Source of the DNA: an uncultured Alphaproteobacteria bacterium
GTDB taxonomy: Bacteria; Pseudomonadota; Alphaproteobacteria; UBA8366; JADFVY01
Reading direction: 5' to 3'
DNA: 64,000 nt
NCBI GenBank assembly: GCA_947259105.1
Contig: CAMYKU010000003.1
Location: forward strand, 74,404-138,403
Positions 17,778 through 28,015 of the stretch are shown one piece after another; positions within the stretch are counted from its first letter, which is position 1, and each line of letters opens with the position of its first letter. Below the pieces are notes generated by a model, which saw nothing but the letters and a program-made list of their open reading frames with translations, was not told the origin of the DNA and did no database searches. The translations under genes and the position numbers were made by a program.

Positions 17778-17888
17778 GCGACCTCATACTTCGAGACGGG
17801 CCTTAAGGCCCTCCTCAGCATGAGGCCCCAGCGCTTGTGTCCTCATGCTGAGGAGGCGCGAAGCGCCGTCTCGAAGTATGAGGTCGCT
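17778..17888. terminator. Large nested perfect palindrome between the convergent hpf and apt genes. It is a bidirectional terminator or a REP-like element.
   Basis: The outer arms GACCTCATACTTCGAGACGG (17780-17799) and CCGTCTCGAAGTATGAGGTC (17867-17886) are perfect 20 bp reverse complements. The inner arms CCTCCTCAGCATGAGG and CCTCATGCTGAGGAGG are a perfect 16 bp inverted repeat. There is also a GCCTTAAGGC mini-palindrome. Confidence 0.5.
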
Positions 17889-17954
17889 CGATGCCGGCGC
17901 CGGACGATCTTGAAATGCGCTAATCCGGCGCCGGTTGGCGTAAGCGGGAGTCCC

Positions 17955-18470
17955 TTACGCGTCGTATTTCAGCAGCACCTCGAAGGGCACGTCGATCTTC
18001 TCGCGGCCGCCCAGGAAGGTCAGCTCGATGACGCAGGCGGCGCCGCGCACGTCGCCGCCGACCTCACGGATCAGGTCGATGCCGGCCGCCATGGTGCCGC
18101 CGGTCGCCATCAGATCGTCCAGAATCGCCACGCGCTGGCCGGGCGCGATGGCGTCGGCCTGGATCTCCACCGTGTCGGTCCCGTATTCCAGGTCGTAGGT
18201 GTGGGCGATGACCGGGCCCGGCAGCTTGCCCTTTTTGCGCAGCATGGCGAAGCCGCAGCCGATATGCAGTGCCAGCGGCGCCGCGACGAGGAACCCGCGG
18301 CTGTCGACGCCGACCAGGATATCCGGCTCCCAGTCCGCGACCAGCGCCGCCAGTTTGGCGGTGCAGTAGTGCCAGGCCCGCGGATGGGCCAGCATCGGCG
18401 AGATGTCGTAGAAATTGATCCCCGGCTTCGGGAAATCCGGGATGTTCCTAATGTGCTGCTTGAGGTCCAT
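17955..18470 (-). CDS. apt: Adenine phosphoribosyltransferase
   Basis: It reads [27 protein letters not shown]...VGVDSRGF...[13 protein letters not shown], which includes the PRPP-binding motif. The protein is 171 aa. The track ORF start at 18608 is over-extended. Confidence 0.85.
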   Translation of the reverse strand: MDLKQHIRNIPDFPKPGINFYDISPMLAHPRAWHYCTAKLAALVADWEPDILVGVDSRGFLVAAPLALHIGCGFAMLRKKGKLPGPVIAHTYDLEYGTDTVEIQADAIAPGQRVAILDDLMATGGTMAAGIDLIREVGGDVRGAACVIELTFLGGREKIDVPFEVLLKYDA

Positions 18471-18781
18471 GCGTGCGCTCCGCCGCCCTTGAACGAATTC
18501 GGCCGGGCGGCACTCTAGCGGGGTGCAGGGGCGGGGGCAATGCGGTGGGGCGATCCGGCGCAGCATGTCGCCCCGGCCCGGGTTCGTGCGGGGCCGATGC
18601 GTGCGCACTCACGTGATCGTACAAGGGCACCTGTCCTGAAACCCGCAGAAAACGCCGGTGCATGGGGTTGTTCCTCCGGTATCGCGGTGGCGCCCCCGTC
18701 CGGCGGCGGGGTATCGTCCGCCCGCTTTGCCGCCGCAAGAGACTCGGCTATGCTCCGTGCGCGAACGGGAATGGGGGGAGC

Positions 18782-19915
18782 ATGGAAGACGGGCCGGGCT
18801 GGATCAGGCAGGCGGAGGCGGACGGACGGCTCGTCGTTTCGGCGGGCGGCGCGTGGACCGTCGCCGGGGCCGCCGCGCTGGAACAGGCCGTCGCCGCGCT
18901 GGCGCCCGGGCCGGCGGGGCAGGTCCGCTTCGATCTTTCGGCGCTGGAACGGGTCGACACCGCCGGCGTCTTCCTGCTGCGCGCGGCGGCGCGGCGCTAC
19001 GAGGAAACCGGCGCGGACGTCGCCCTCGAAGGAATCGCCGCGCAGATGCGGCCGCTGTTCGAGCTGGTCGCCGGGAACGAGGGACGGGAGCCACCGGAGG
19101 CGCCGCGGAGCAACCCCCTGACCGCCGTGGTCGAACGGCTGGGACGCAGCACAGTCGCCGGTGTGCGGGAATTGACCGCGCTGGTCGGTTTCGTCGGCGA
19201 GGTCACGCTGACCGCGGCGCGGATTTCCTGGCGGCCGCGCCGCTTCCGCATCGTCTCGCTGACCAACCAGATCGAGCGTGCCGGGCTGAACGCGATTCCG
19301 ATCATCCTCCTGATGACGTTCCTGATCGGCATCGTGATCGCCTATCAGGGCGCGGTGCAACTGCGCCGCCTGGGCTTCGAGATCCTGACCATCGACATGC
19401 TGGCCATCACCATGCTGCGCGAGCTGGGCGTGCTGCTGACGGCGATCATGATCGCCGGCCGGTCGGGCTCCGCCTTCACCGCGGAAATCGGCACCATGAA
19501 GGTCAACGAGGAGATCGCGGCGATGCAGGCGCTCGGCCTCGACCCGGTCGAGATACTGGTGCTGCCCCGGATCATCGCCCTGGTCATCGCGCTGCCGATC
19601 CTGACGGTATTTGCCGACGTCATCGGGTTGCTCGGCGGCGCCGCCATGGCGGTCGTCAGCATGGACATGAACACCACCCAGTTCATGGTGCGGCTCGGCG
19701 AGGCGGCGACGCTCCCGCATTTCATCGTCGGACTGGTCAAGGCGCCGGCCTTTGCCGTTATCATCGGCGTTGTCGGTTGTTACGAGGGCCTGCGGGTTTC
19801 GGGCGGCGCCGATAGCGTCGGCGTGATGACGACGCGTGCGGTCGTGCTGTCGATCTTCCTGGTGATCGTCGCCGACGCTGTATTCTCGATCATGTTCGCC
19901 GCGATGGGGGTCTGA
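18782..19915 (+). CDS. MlaE-family ABC permease with an N-terminal STAS (anti-sigma-factor-antagonist-like) domain
   Basis: The N-terminal 110 aa are STAS-like (RLVVSAGGAWTVAGAAALEQAV...FDLSALERVDTAGVFLL). The C-terminal region is a MlaE/YrbE-type permease (NAIPIILLMTFLIGIVIAYQG...). Confidence 0.8.
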   Translation: MEDGPGWIRQAEADGRLVVSAGGAWTVAGAAALEQAVAALAPGPAGQVRFDLSALERVDTAGVFLLRAAARRYEETGADVALEGIAAQMRPLFELVAGNEGREPPEAPRSNPLTAVVERLGRSTVAGVRELTALVGFVGEVTLTAARISWRPRRFRIVSLTNQIERAGLNAIPIILLMTFLIGIVIAYQGAVQLRRLGFEILTIDMLAITMLRELGVLLTAIMIAGRSGSAFTAEIGTMKVNEEIAAMQALGLDPVEILVLPRIIALVIALPILTVFADVIGLLGGAAMAVVSMDMNTTQFMVRLGEAATLPHFIVGLVKAPAFAVIIGVVGCYEGLRVSGGADSVGVMTTRAVVLSIFLVIVADAVFSIMFAAMGV

Positions 19916-19917
19916 GG

Positions 19918-20706
19918 ATGGCCGGCGAGGCGGTGATCCGGATCCGCGGCCTGCGGAACCAGTTCGGCCGGCAGGTGGTGCATGACGGCCTGGATCTGGA
20001 CGTGCTGCGCGGCGAGGTGCTCGGCGTGGTCGGGGGCTCGGGTTCCGGCAAGTCGGTGCTGATGCTCACCATCCTCGGCCTCAACCGCCCGAGCGCGGGG
20101 GCGGTCGAGTTGCTGGGGGTGGACGTGCTGCGCGGCGATGCCGAGGCGCGCGCCGCGGCCCAGACCCGCTGCGGGGTGCTGTTCCAGGACGGCGCCCTGT
20201 TCTCGTCGCTCACGGTCACCGAGAATGTGCAGGCGCCGATGCGCGAGCATCTGCGCTTGCCGGCGCCGCTGATGGACGAGCTGGCGGCGCTGAAGATCGC
20301 CATGGTCGGCCTGCCGCCGGACGCCGGGCCGAAATATCCGGGCGAGCTGTCCGGCGGCATGCGCAAGCGCGCCGGACTTGCGCGGGCGCTGTCGCTGGAC
20401 CCGGAGGTCGTTTTCCTCGACGAGCCGACGGCCGGCCTCGATCCGATCGGCGCCGCGGGTTTCGATGAGCTGATCCGCGATTTGCAGCGGAGCCTGGGGC
20501 TGACGGTGGTGATGGTGACCCACGATCTCGACAGCCTCGCCGCGATCTGCGACCGCATTGCGGTGCTGGTGGACAAAAAGGTCCGTGTGGGCACAATGGC
20601 CGATCACATGCGCGACAGGCATCCGTGGATCCAGGAATACTTCCACGGGCCGCGGGCGCGCGCCGCTTTTGCAGCCGCGGACATGGCGTCCGGGGAAGGG
20701 TCATAG
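19918..20706 (+). CDS. MlaF-family ABC transporter ATP-binding protein
   Basis: It has Walker A GGSGSGKS, the ABC signature LSGGMRKRAGLARAL and Walker B VVFLDEPTAGLD. Confidence 0.85.
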   Translation: MAGEAVIRIRGLRNQFGRQVVHDGLDLDVLRGEVLGVVGGSGSGKSVLMLTILGLNRPSAGAVELLGVDVLRGDAEARAAAQTRCGVLFQDGALFSSLTVTENVQAPMREHLRLPAPLMDELAALKIAMVGLPPDAGPKYPGELSGGMRKRAGLARALSLDPEVVFLDEPTAGLDPIGAAGFDELIRDLQRSLGLTVVMVTHDLDSLAAICDRIAVLVDKKVRVGTMADHMRDRHPWIQEYFHGPRARAAFAAADMASGEGS

Positions 20707-21659
20707 TGGAGACACGTGCGAGCTACCTGCTGGTCGGGATCTTCGTCATCGCCGGCATCGTGGCGATGCTGGCGGCGGCGGTCTGGGTCACCGGCTCCCG
20801 CACCGACCGCGCCACGGTCCTTTACGATATCTATTTCGAGGGCAGCGTCGCCGGCCTCAAGCCCGGGAACGCCGTGCAATACCGGGGCATCCCGGTCGGC
20901 GGCGTCATCGACATGCGGATCGACCCGGAAAATGTCGAGCGGATCCTGGTCACCGTCGAAGTCGCAGGCGGCACCCCGATCAAGGAGGATACCGAGGCGA
21001 CCCTCGCGCTGCAGGGCATTACCGGCGTCGCGTTCATCCAGCTGGCCGGCGGCACGCAGCAGTCACCGGACCTCAAGCCCGCCCCCGGCCATGACCGCGC
21101 AGTCATCCGCTCGCATCCCTCGCAGCTTGCGGCGCTGATCGACGCCGCGCCGGAGTTGCTCAACCGCACGATCAACGTCATCGGCCAGCTGGAGAAACTG
21201 CTGGGCGAGGAGAACCTCGCGCATGTCGAGAGCACGCTCGGCAACATCGAAACAATGACCGGCAGCCTGGCGGACAGCGGCGACGATATCGAAACGATGC
21301 TGGCGGAAGGCGCGCGAGTCATGGAGGAGTTGCGCAACGCGATCACCCGCGCTGACAATATGCTGGCAGCGGTCGAAGGCGACGTCGACGACATGACGAC
21401 GGAAACGCGCGCCGTGCTGACCGGCGTAAGACGGGCCGCGGGGAGCCTGGCAGTGGCCTCCGACAAATTCGCGAACCTGCTGAGTAAGAACAGCGATTCC
21501 CTGGGCGATTTCAGTCAAACCGGGCTGTACGAATTCACCCAGCTCATGGCCGAGGCGCGGATACTGGTCGCGGCGCTAAGCCGGCTGGTGGACGACGTCA
21601 ACCGCGATCCGGCGCGCTTCTTTTTTGGCGACCGACAGCAGGGAGTAGAGGTGGATTGA
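20706..21659 (+). CDS. MlaD/MCE-domain protein (ABC transporter substrate-binding/periplasmic component)
   Basis: The GTG start overlaps the mlaF stop (TAGTG). It has an N-terminal TM anchor and an MCE domain (VAGLKPGNAVQYRGIPVGGVIDMRIDPEN). Confidence 0.75.
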   Translation: METRASYLLVGIFVIAGIVAMLAAAVWVTGSRTDRATVLYDIYFEGSVAGLKPGNAVQYRGIPVGGVIDMRIDPENVERILVTVEVAGGTPIKEDTEATLALQGITGVAFIQLAGGTQQSPDLKPAPGHDRAVIRSHPSQLAALIDAAPELLNRTINVIGQLEKLLGEENLAHVESTLGNIETMTGSLADSGDDIETMLAEGARVMEELRNAITRADNMLAAVEGDVDDMTTETRAVLTGVRRAAGSLAVASDKFANLLSKNSDSLGDFSQTGLYEFTQLMAEARILVAALSRLVDDVNRDPARFFFGDRQQGVEVD

Positions 21660-22363
21660 TGCGTATATTCGGAACCAAATGGCCCGGCGCAAGGACCGCC
21701 GCGGCACTGGTCCTGGGCGCGGCCTTCGTGCTGGCCACCGGTTGCGACGTCCAGCTGCCGGGCACGGGCGAGCCGGCGCAGCTCTATGTGCTGACGCCGA
21801 AAAGCACCTATCCGGGCGACCTTCCCGAGGTCGACTGGCAATTGCTGGTCGAGCAGACGACATCGCCGGCGGGCCTCAATACTCCGCGGATCGCGGTTGC
21901 CTACAGCCAGATCGAACTGGACTATTTCGCGCGCTCCAACTGGACCGACCGGGCGCCGGAAATGGTCCAGCGGCTTCTGGTCGAGAGCTTCGAGAATTCG
22001 GGCAAGATCATCGCGGTGGGCCGGGATGCGGTCGGGCTGCGCTCCAATATCCTGCTGAAGACCGAGCTGCGCGAGTTCCAGGCGGAATACGACGGTAAGC
22101 CGGGGGCCGGCCAGCCGCAGGGCGAGGCCACGGGTTCGGGCCGGGCGCCGCAGGTCCGAGTGCGCATCGCGGCCAAGCTGGTGAAGATGCCGCAACGGGT
22201 CATCGTGGCCTCTGAGACCTTCGAGGATGTTGTACCCGCGGAAGAAAACTCCATGGAGGCCATCGTCAGGGCATTCGACGGCGCGCTGGGCAAAACGCTC
22301 AAGGGAGTCGTCGTCTGGACCCTTACCGAGGGCGAAACGATTACGGGTAAGTCCGGCGGATGA
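21656..22363 (+). CDS. ABC-type transport auxiliary lipoprotein (PqiC/YmbA-like, DUF330)
   Basis: It has a lipoprotein signal ...LATGC. It is translationally coupled to the MlaD gene. Size and position match the auxiliary lipoprotein of Mce/Pqi-type systems. Confidence 0.6.
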   Translation: MMRIFGTKWPGARTAAALVLGAAFVLATGCDVQLPGTGEPAQLYVLTPKSTYPGDLPEVDWQLLVEQTTSPAGLNTPRIAVAYSQIELDYFARSNWTDRAPEMVQRLLVESFENSGKIIAVGRDAVGLRSNILLKTELREFQAEYDGKPGAGQPQGEATGSGRAPQVRVRIAAKLVKMPQRVIVASETFEDVVPAEENSMEAIVRAFDGALGKTLKGVVVWTLTEGETITGKSGG

Positions 22364-22508
22364 GGCCGGAGAAGAATCGGGCGGAGTAGATGAGAAATAT
22401 CCGCCGCAACAGAGCTGCATCGTCTGGACCTCGGGCGGGGGCGGCGCCATTATGGGCCGCCGCCCAGGCGGGTGCGGGGCGGCTTGCCAGTCAGGGATTG
22501 CCGCAGTC

Positions 22509-23840
22509 ATGACCCACGTCTTCCACCGGCATACGAGCGCGCAATACCCTATCGCCGCAAAGGGCGACGGCGTGTTCATCGAAGACCGGGAGGGCAAGCG
22601 CTATCTCGACGCGTCCGGCGGGGCGGCGGTGTCCTGCCTCGGGCACAGCAACGAACGGGTGATTGCCGCGATCAAGGCGCAACTGGACGCCATACCCTTC
22701 GCCCATACCGGCTTCTTCACCAGCGAGGCGGCCGAGGCGCTGGCCGACCGGATGGTGGCGGACGCGCCGGACGGCATCAACCATATTTATTTCGTATCCG
22801 GCGGCTCGGAAGCCGTGGAGGCGGCGCTCAAACTCGCGCGGCAGTATTTCGTCGAGATCGGCGAGCCGCAGCGCCGGCACGTGATCGCACGGCTGCAGAG
22901 CTATCATGGCAATACCCTGGGTGCGCTGGCGGCCGGGGGAAACATGTGGCGCCGGCAGCAGTACGAACCCCTGCTGATCGAAACGCATCATATATCGCCC
23001 TGCTTCGCTTACCGCTGGGCCGAGGACGGCGAGGCCGAGGAGGCATTCGGCCGGCGCGTCGCCGACGAACTGGAAGCAAAAATCCTCGAGCTCGGCGCCG
23101 ACAGCGTCATCGCCTTCGTCGCCGAAACGGTGGTCGGCGCGACTCTCGGCGCGGTCGCCGCGACGGACGGCTATTTCAGGCGTATCCGTAAAATCTGCGA
23201 CCGGTACGGCGTGCTGCTGATCCTCGACGAGGTGATGTGCGGCATGGGCCGCACCGGAACGCTGCATGCCTGCGAGCAGGACGGCGTGGCGCCGGACATC
23301 ATGACCGTGGCCAAGGGGCTCGGTGCCGGCTACCAGCCGATCGGCGCGACCATGGTGGCTGGAAGGATCCATGATACGATCCGCGACGGCTCCGGGTTCT
23401 TCCAGCATGGCCACACCTATATGGCCCACCCGACGGCCTGCGCGGCGGCGCTGGCGGTGCAGCAGGTAATCGCCGGGGACGGCCTGCTGGCCAACGTGCG
23501 GGCGGTGGGCGAGTTGCTGGACCGGACGCTTACCGAGCGGCTCGGCAATCACCGGCATGTCGGCGACATTCGCGGCCGCGGCCTGTTCCGAGGTGTCGAA
23601 CTGGTCGCCGACCGCGCGACGAAGGCGCCTTTCGATCCAGCCCGGCGGCTGCACGCCCGCATCAAGGCAGAGGCGATGCAGCGCGGCCTGATCTGCTACC
23701 CGATGGGCGGCACGGTCGACGGCAAGAAGGGCGATCACGTTCTGCTGGCGCCGCCGTTCATCGTCGAACCGGAACATGTCGAGATGATCGTTGACCGTCT
23801 GGCCGCGGCGATCGATGCGGCGATCGAGGCGGCGGCATGA
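22509..23840 (+). CDS. Class III (omega) aminotransferase, PLP-dependent
   Basis: The sequence GKRYLDASGGAAVSCLGH, the PLP-lysine region IMTVAKGLGAGYQPIGA, and the overall length are typical of the aspartate aminotransferase family in fold type I class III. The track ORF start at 22227 is over-extended. Confidence 0.8.
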   Translation: MTHVFHRHTSAQYPIAAKGDGVFIEDREGKRYLDASGGAAVSCLGHSNERVIAAIKAQLDAIPFAHTGFFTSEAAEALADRMVADAPDGINHIYFVSGGSEAVEAALKLARQYFVEIGEPQRRHVIARLQSYHGNTLGALAAGGNMWRRQQYEPLLIETHHISPCFAYRWAEDGEAEEAFGRRVADELEAKILELGADSVIAFVAETVVGATLGAVAATDGYFRRIRKICDRYGVLLILDEVMCGMGRTGTLHACEQDGVAPDIMTVAKGLGAGYQPIGATMVAGRIHDTIRDGSGFFQHGHTYMAHPTACAAALAVQQVIAGDGLLANVRAVGELLDRTLTERLGNHRHVGDIRGRGLFRGVELVADRATKAPFDPARRLHARIKAEAMQRGLICYPMGGTVDGKKGDHVLLAPPFIVEPEHVEMIVDRLAAAIDAAIEAAA

Positions 23841-24679
23841 CCGGGCAGAATTTCGACATTGACGCACCGCTGATTCTGGCGGTCGCGCCAAACGGGGCGC
23901 GCAAGACCAGGGCCGACCATCCGGCCATGCCCGTCACGGCCGAGGAATGCGCCCGCGCCGCCGCGGCGTGCCGGGAAGCCGGGGCGGCGATGATCCATCT
24001 GCATGTGCGTGACGCCGATGGGACGCACAGTCTGGACGCGGACGCCTACGCCGACGCCATCGCCGCGGTCCGACGCGAGACCGGCGATGCGATGATCATT
24101 CAGATGACGACCGAAGCGGTCGGCATCTACCAGCCGGAGGAGCAGATGGCGGCGGTGCGTGCCGTTCGGCCCGAAGCGGTATCGATGGCGATCCGCGAGT
24201 TATGCCCCGACGACGGATCCCTTGGCGCCTTCGCCGATTTCCTGTCCTGGCTCAAGGGCGAGCATATCAGTCCGCAGTTCATTCTGTACTCGCGGGAGGA
24301 CTGCGAGCGCTTCGCCGATCTGCGTCTGCGTGGTGTGGTGCCTTACGACCATCCCTTCGTCCTCCATGTGCTGGGCCGGTATACGCCAGGCCAGAAATCC
24401 GTCCCCGCCGATCTGCTGCCTGTTCTGCACGCTGACGGGGGCCTGGCGCTCGACTGGGCGATCTGTGCCTTCGGCGCGCGGGAATGCGCCTGCGCCCTGA
24501 CGGCGGCGGCGCTGGGCGGCCATGCGCGGGTCGGCTTCGAGAACAATATTTTTCTGGCGGACGGATCGGTCGCTCCCGATAATGCGGCGCTTGTCGGACA
24601 GATCGCGGATGGAGCAAATCTGTTGGGCCGCGCACTTGCCGACGCCGACCGGGCCCGCGCCCATCTGGGGAGACCATGA
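23837..24679 (+). CDS. 3-keto-5-aminohexanoate cleavage enzyme family protein (BKACE/DUF849)
   Basis: It has the N-terminal LILAVAPNGARKTRADHPAMPVTAEE and a TIM-barrel BKACE pattern with conserved His/Glu positions. It is translationally coupled (ATGA) to the upstream aminotransferase. Confidence 0.7.
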   Translation: MTGQNFDIDAPLILAVAPNGARKTRADHPAMPVTAEECARAAAACREAGAAMIHLHVRDADGTHSLDADAYADAIAAVRRETGDAMIIQMTTEAVGIYQPEEQMAAVRAVRPEAVSMAIRELCPDDGSLGAFADFLSWLKGEHISPQFILYSREDCERFADLRLRGVVPYDHPFVLHVLGRYTPGQKSVPADLLPVLHADGGLALDWAICAFGARECACALTAAALGGHARVGFENNIFLADGSVAPDNAALVGQIADGANLLGRALADADRARAHLGRP

Positions 24680-25722
24680 GCGTACTGCGATCGACCCTCG
24701 TTCCGGCCTTGTTTGCTGCGGCATTGATGGCCGCACCGCAGCCAGCGAAAGCGGACAGCCACGACCCCGCCCAGCCCGAGGAAAGCGGCATGGCCGAGGA
24801 GAGTGGCGCGGCCCCAACCGAGGCGGCGCCCGAACGCGACATCGTAATCGGCGGCGGCAACGTGGCCGGGGTTTATTTCCCTGCTGCGGGCGCAATCTGC
24901 CGCGTGGTTTCTCAGCAGACCCCGGACAGGCGCTGCCTGGTGGAAAGCAATGCAAACTCATCCGCGAACATCGAGCGGCTGACCGGCGGATTGCTGGATT
25001 TCGCAGTGGTTCAGTCGGACTGGCTGATGCACGCGTCAAGGGGAACCAGCCTGTTCCGACCCAACGGACCCGACGAAACGCTGCGCGCCGTGCTGTCGCT
25101 GCATGCCGAGGCGCTCACCCTCGTCGCCCGGGCGGGCGCGCGGATCGAGAAGCCGGAGGATCTGAAGAACAAGCGCCTGAATCTGGGCCCGGCCTATACC
25201 TACCAGCGTGTCCTGACCGATGCGCTGCTTCGGGCGATCGATCTGGATGAGGATGACCTTGCGCAGCTCATGGAGATTTCGACGGCTGAGCAGTTCACCG
25301 CACTGTGCATCGGAGAACTGGATGCCGCAGCGATTGTCGCCGCCCACCCGTCGCCCGTCCTGGCCGACGCGATGCAACGTTGCGATCTGCGGTTGGTTCC
25401 GATAGCCGGCGACGCGGTCGACAAGCTTGTCGAGGACCGCAAGGAACTCGCGGCGGCCATCGTGGCCGGCGGCCTTTATGCCGGCGCGCCCGACGACATC
25501 CCGACCTTCGGTCTGCGGGCGGTCCTCGCGACAACCACCCAGGTCGAAGACGAAATTGTCGCGGCGGTCGTGAAAGCTGTGCTGGATGCGCTGCCGGCAT
25601 TGACCGACCAGCACCCCGCGCTGGCCCGCCTCGACCGCGAGACCATGGCGACCGCCGGCATCGCCCTGCCTCTGCACGCGGGCGCGCAACGCGCCTTCAA
25701 AGCAAGCGGCGTGCTTCCCTGA
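24676..25722 (+). CDS. TAXI-family TRAP transporter solute receptor, copy 1
   Basis: It has a signal peptide and the TAXI hallmarks GGGNVAGVYFPAAGAICR and VVQSDW. The start overlaps the stop of the BKACE gene. Confidence 0.8.
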   Translation: MSVLRSTLVPALFAAALMAAPQPAKADSHDPAQPEESGMAEESGAAPTEAAPERDIVIGGGNVAGVYFPAAGAICRVVSQQTPDRRCLVESNANSSANIERLTGGLLDFAVVQSDWLMHASRGTSLFRPNGPDETLRAVLSLHAEALTLVARAGARIEKPEDLKNKRLNLGPAYTYQRVLTDALLRAIDLDEDDLAQLMEISTAEQFTALCIGELDAAAIVAAHPSPVLADAMQRCDLRLVPIAGDAVDKLVEDRKELAAAIVAGGLYAGAPDDIPTFGLRAVLATTTQVEDEIVAAVVKAVLDALPALTDQHPALARLDRETMATAGIALPLHAGAQRAFKASGVLP

Positions 25723-25908
25723 AAGCCCCTGAAATTACCGGATTCCCGGTTGACGCCGCGCGTTAAGGGCAGGCATAGTCGTGCATATCCTTATGGATAA
25801 GGAACGGACGGCAACGGTGGTGGCCCGGCCGGGTTCGCACCACGGTTTCCGTTGAAGAACAACAGCGCCGGCACACGGCGCAGGTTAAACCAGATACGGG
25901 AGCCTCTC

Positions 25909-26907
25909 ATGAAAATAAAGATATTGATCGCGGCGATATTGATAGCTGCCGCGGTTGTTGTCGTCTGGGCTTTAAGCACAAGGGTCGATAAGGAGCCGTC
26001 AGTTGCACAGGGGCCAGGCAACTTTATCACCATCGGCACCGGCGGTGTGACCGGGGTGTATTATCCCACCGGCGGCGCCATCTGTCGTCTGGTCAACAAG
26101 GGCCGCACTGAACACCGCATCCGCTGCTCGGTGGAGAGCACCGGCGGGTCGGTTTACAACATCAACACGATCAAGGCCGGTGAGCTGGACATGGGCGTGG
26201 CCCAGTCCGACTGGCAATATCATGCCTATCACGGCTCCAGCACGTTCGAGGGGCAGCCGTTCCCGGAACTGCGCGCGGTCTTTTCCGTGCATCCGGAGCC
26301 GGTGACGATCCTTGCGCGCCGCGATTCCGGTGTCACCCACATCGACCAGCTGAAGGGCAAGCGTCTAAATATCGGCAATCCCGGCTCGGGCACACGCGCG
26401 ACCTGGGAGGTGATCGAGGAAGCGCTCGGCTGGAAGCGCAGCGACCTGAAACTGGCCGCCGAACTGAAGTCGGCGGAGACCGGACAGGCGCTGTGCGACA
26501 ACAAGATCGACTCCTATTTCTGGCTGGTCGGACATCCGTCCGGCCTGACCAAGGAATCCGTCTCGTCCTGCGATGCGGTGCTGGTGGACGTCACCGGGCC
26601 GGCGATCGACAAGCTCGTCAAGGACAACCCGTTCTACCGCTATGCGACGATTCCCGGCGGGATGTACAGCGGCAACCCGGAGGACGTGAAGACATTCGGT
26701 GTCGGCGCCACCTTCGTCTCGTCGACGCGGGTTCCGGCGGACGTCGTGTACCAGGTCGTCAAGGCGGTCTTCGAAAATTTCGACGATTTCCAAAAGCTGC
26801 ACCCGGCATTCGCAAATCTGAAGAAGGAAGAGATGATCAGGGACGGGCTTTCCGCCCCGCTGCACGATGGGGCCGCAAAGTATTACAAGGAAGCCGGCCT
26901 GATGTGA
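25909..26907 (+). CDS. TAXI-family TRAP transporter solute receptor, copy 2
   Basis: The start is [18 protein letters not shown]. The motifs [22 protein letters not shown] and [12 protein letters not shown] are present. The track ORF start at 25852 is probably over-extended. Confidence 0.8.
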   Translation: MKIKILIAAILIAAAVVVVWALSTRVDKEPSVAQGPGNFITIGTGGVTGVYYPTGGAICRLVNKGRTEHRIRCSVESTGGSVYNINTIKAGELDMGVAQSDWQYHAYHGSSTFEGQPFPELRAVFSVHPEPVTILARRDSGVTHIDQLKGKRLNIGNPGSGTRATWEVIEEALGWKRSDLKLAAELKSAETGQALCDNKIDSYFWLVGHPSGLTKESVSSCDAVLVDVTGPAIDKLVKDNPFYRYATIPGGMYSGNPEDVKTFGVGATFVSSTRVPADVVYQVVKAVFENFDDFQKLHPAFANLKKEEMIRDGLSAPLHDGAAKYYKEAGLM

Positions 26908-26976
26908 TGCGGCGACCGGGGGAGCGGCACGCTCCGTTCCCCCGCCTCGTTGCACACCATCGATACCGGCTGTCCG

Positions 26977-27972
26977 ATGCCTGGGCCTGCGCGCGCAATA
27001 CAATCCCGAGCAAGATGGACGCGCATCCTGTGCGCGGCCGCGCTGCTGCATGGCGTGTTTGCGGCGACGGCAGCGACCGCGACCGAGGTCGTCATCGGAA
27101 CGGGCAGCGTTCTGGGTGTCTATTTTCAGGTCGGCCGCGGCATCTGCCGTCTCGTGGAGCGGCATACGGAGGGGCTGGAGTGTTCCGCGGTGCCCACGCC
27201 GGGCTCCAGGTTCAATATGGACAGCGTCCAGCTCAATGCCTTTGAAGTCGGGATCGTTCAGTCGGACGTACACTTCAAGGCATACAACAAGTCCGGGGAT
27301 TTTCTGGAATTCGCGGATGTATCCTACGACAATATCCGGTCGGTCTTCTCGGTGCATGGTGAGCCGTTCACCCTGGTAGCGCGGCGCGATTCCGGCATTC
27401 GCTCACTGGCGGACCTGGCCGGGCGCAGGGTCAATCTCGGCAATCCGGGCTCCGGCCAGCGGTCCACCATGGAGGTCGTCATGGACGCGATGGGCTGGAC
27501 ACCCAAGAGTTTTGCCTTTGCCGGCAGCCTGCCCGCGGCGCAGCAATCGCTTGCGCTGTGTCACGGGCGGATCGAGGCGATGGTCTATGTCGTGGGGCAT
27601 CCCAACAAATCGATCCAGAAGGCAACCGATCTCTGCGATGCGGTTCTGGTGAATGTCGAGGGGCCGGAAATCGATCACCTGGTGGCCAGAAATCCATACT
27701 ACTCCTACATGACGATTCCGGGTGGCATTTACAGGGGAAATGAGCAACCGGTCGCTACATTCGGCGTGCGGGCGACAGTGGTCGTCTCCGAGGATCTGGA
27801 TGCCGACACGGTCTATGAGATCACCCGTGCTGTGTTCGAGAATCTCGACCAGTTCAAGAAAATGTACCCCGCCTTCGACGCGCTGGATCCGAAACGCATG
27901 ATCGTGGAAGGCCTTGCGGCACCGCTCCATGAAGGCGCGATCCGGTATTTTTCCGAAAAGGGCTTGATGTGA
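26977..27972 (+). CDS. TAXI-family TRAP transporter solute receptor, copy 3
   Basis: The motifs VIGTGSVLGVYFQVGRGICRLV and VQSDVHFKAY are present. Its C-terminus LHEGAIRYFSEKGLM is paralogous to copy 2, which ends [15 protein letters not shown]. Confidence 0.8.
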   Translation: MPGPARAIQSRARWTRILCAAALLHGVFAATAATATEVVIGTGSVLGVYFQVGRGICRLVERHTEGLECSAVPTPGSRFNMDSVQLNAFEVGIVQSDVHFKAYNKSGDFLEFADVSYDNIRSVFSVHGEPFTLVARRDSGIRSLADLAGRRVNLGNPGSGQRSTMEVVMDAMGWTPKSFAFAGSLPAAQQSLALCHGRIEAMVYVVGHPNKSIQKATDLCDAVLVNVEGPEIDHLVARNPYYSYMTIPGGIYRGNEQPVATFGVRATVVVSEDLDADTVYEITRAVFENLDQFKKMYPAFDALDPKRMIVEGLAAPLHEGAIRYFSEKGLM

Positions 27973-28015
27973 TCGCGCGGTGGCCGGGTGGAGGCCGAAC
28001 CTATGACAGGGGAGA

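Noticed and set aside
16946-18518. ORFs 16946-17722 (-) and 17754-18518 (+)
   Set aside because: They are antisense shadows of hpf and apt. The intergenic part is occupied by the large palindrome, not by a gene.
22491-23891. 466 aa minus-strand ORF
   Set aside because: It is antisense to the class III aminotransferase, which has clear PLP-fold motifs.
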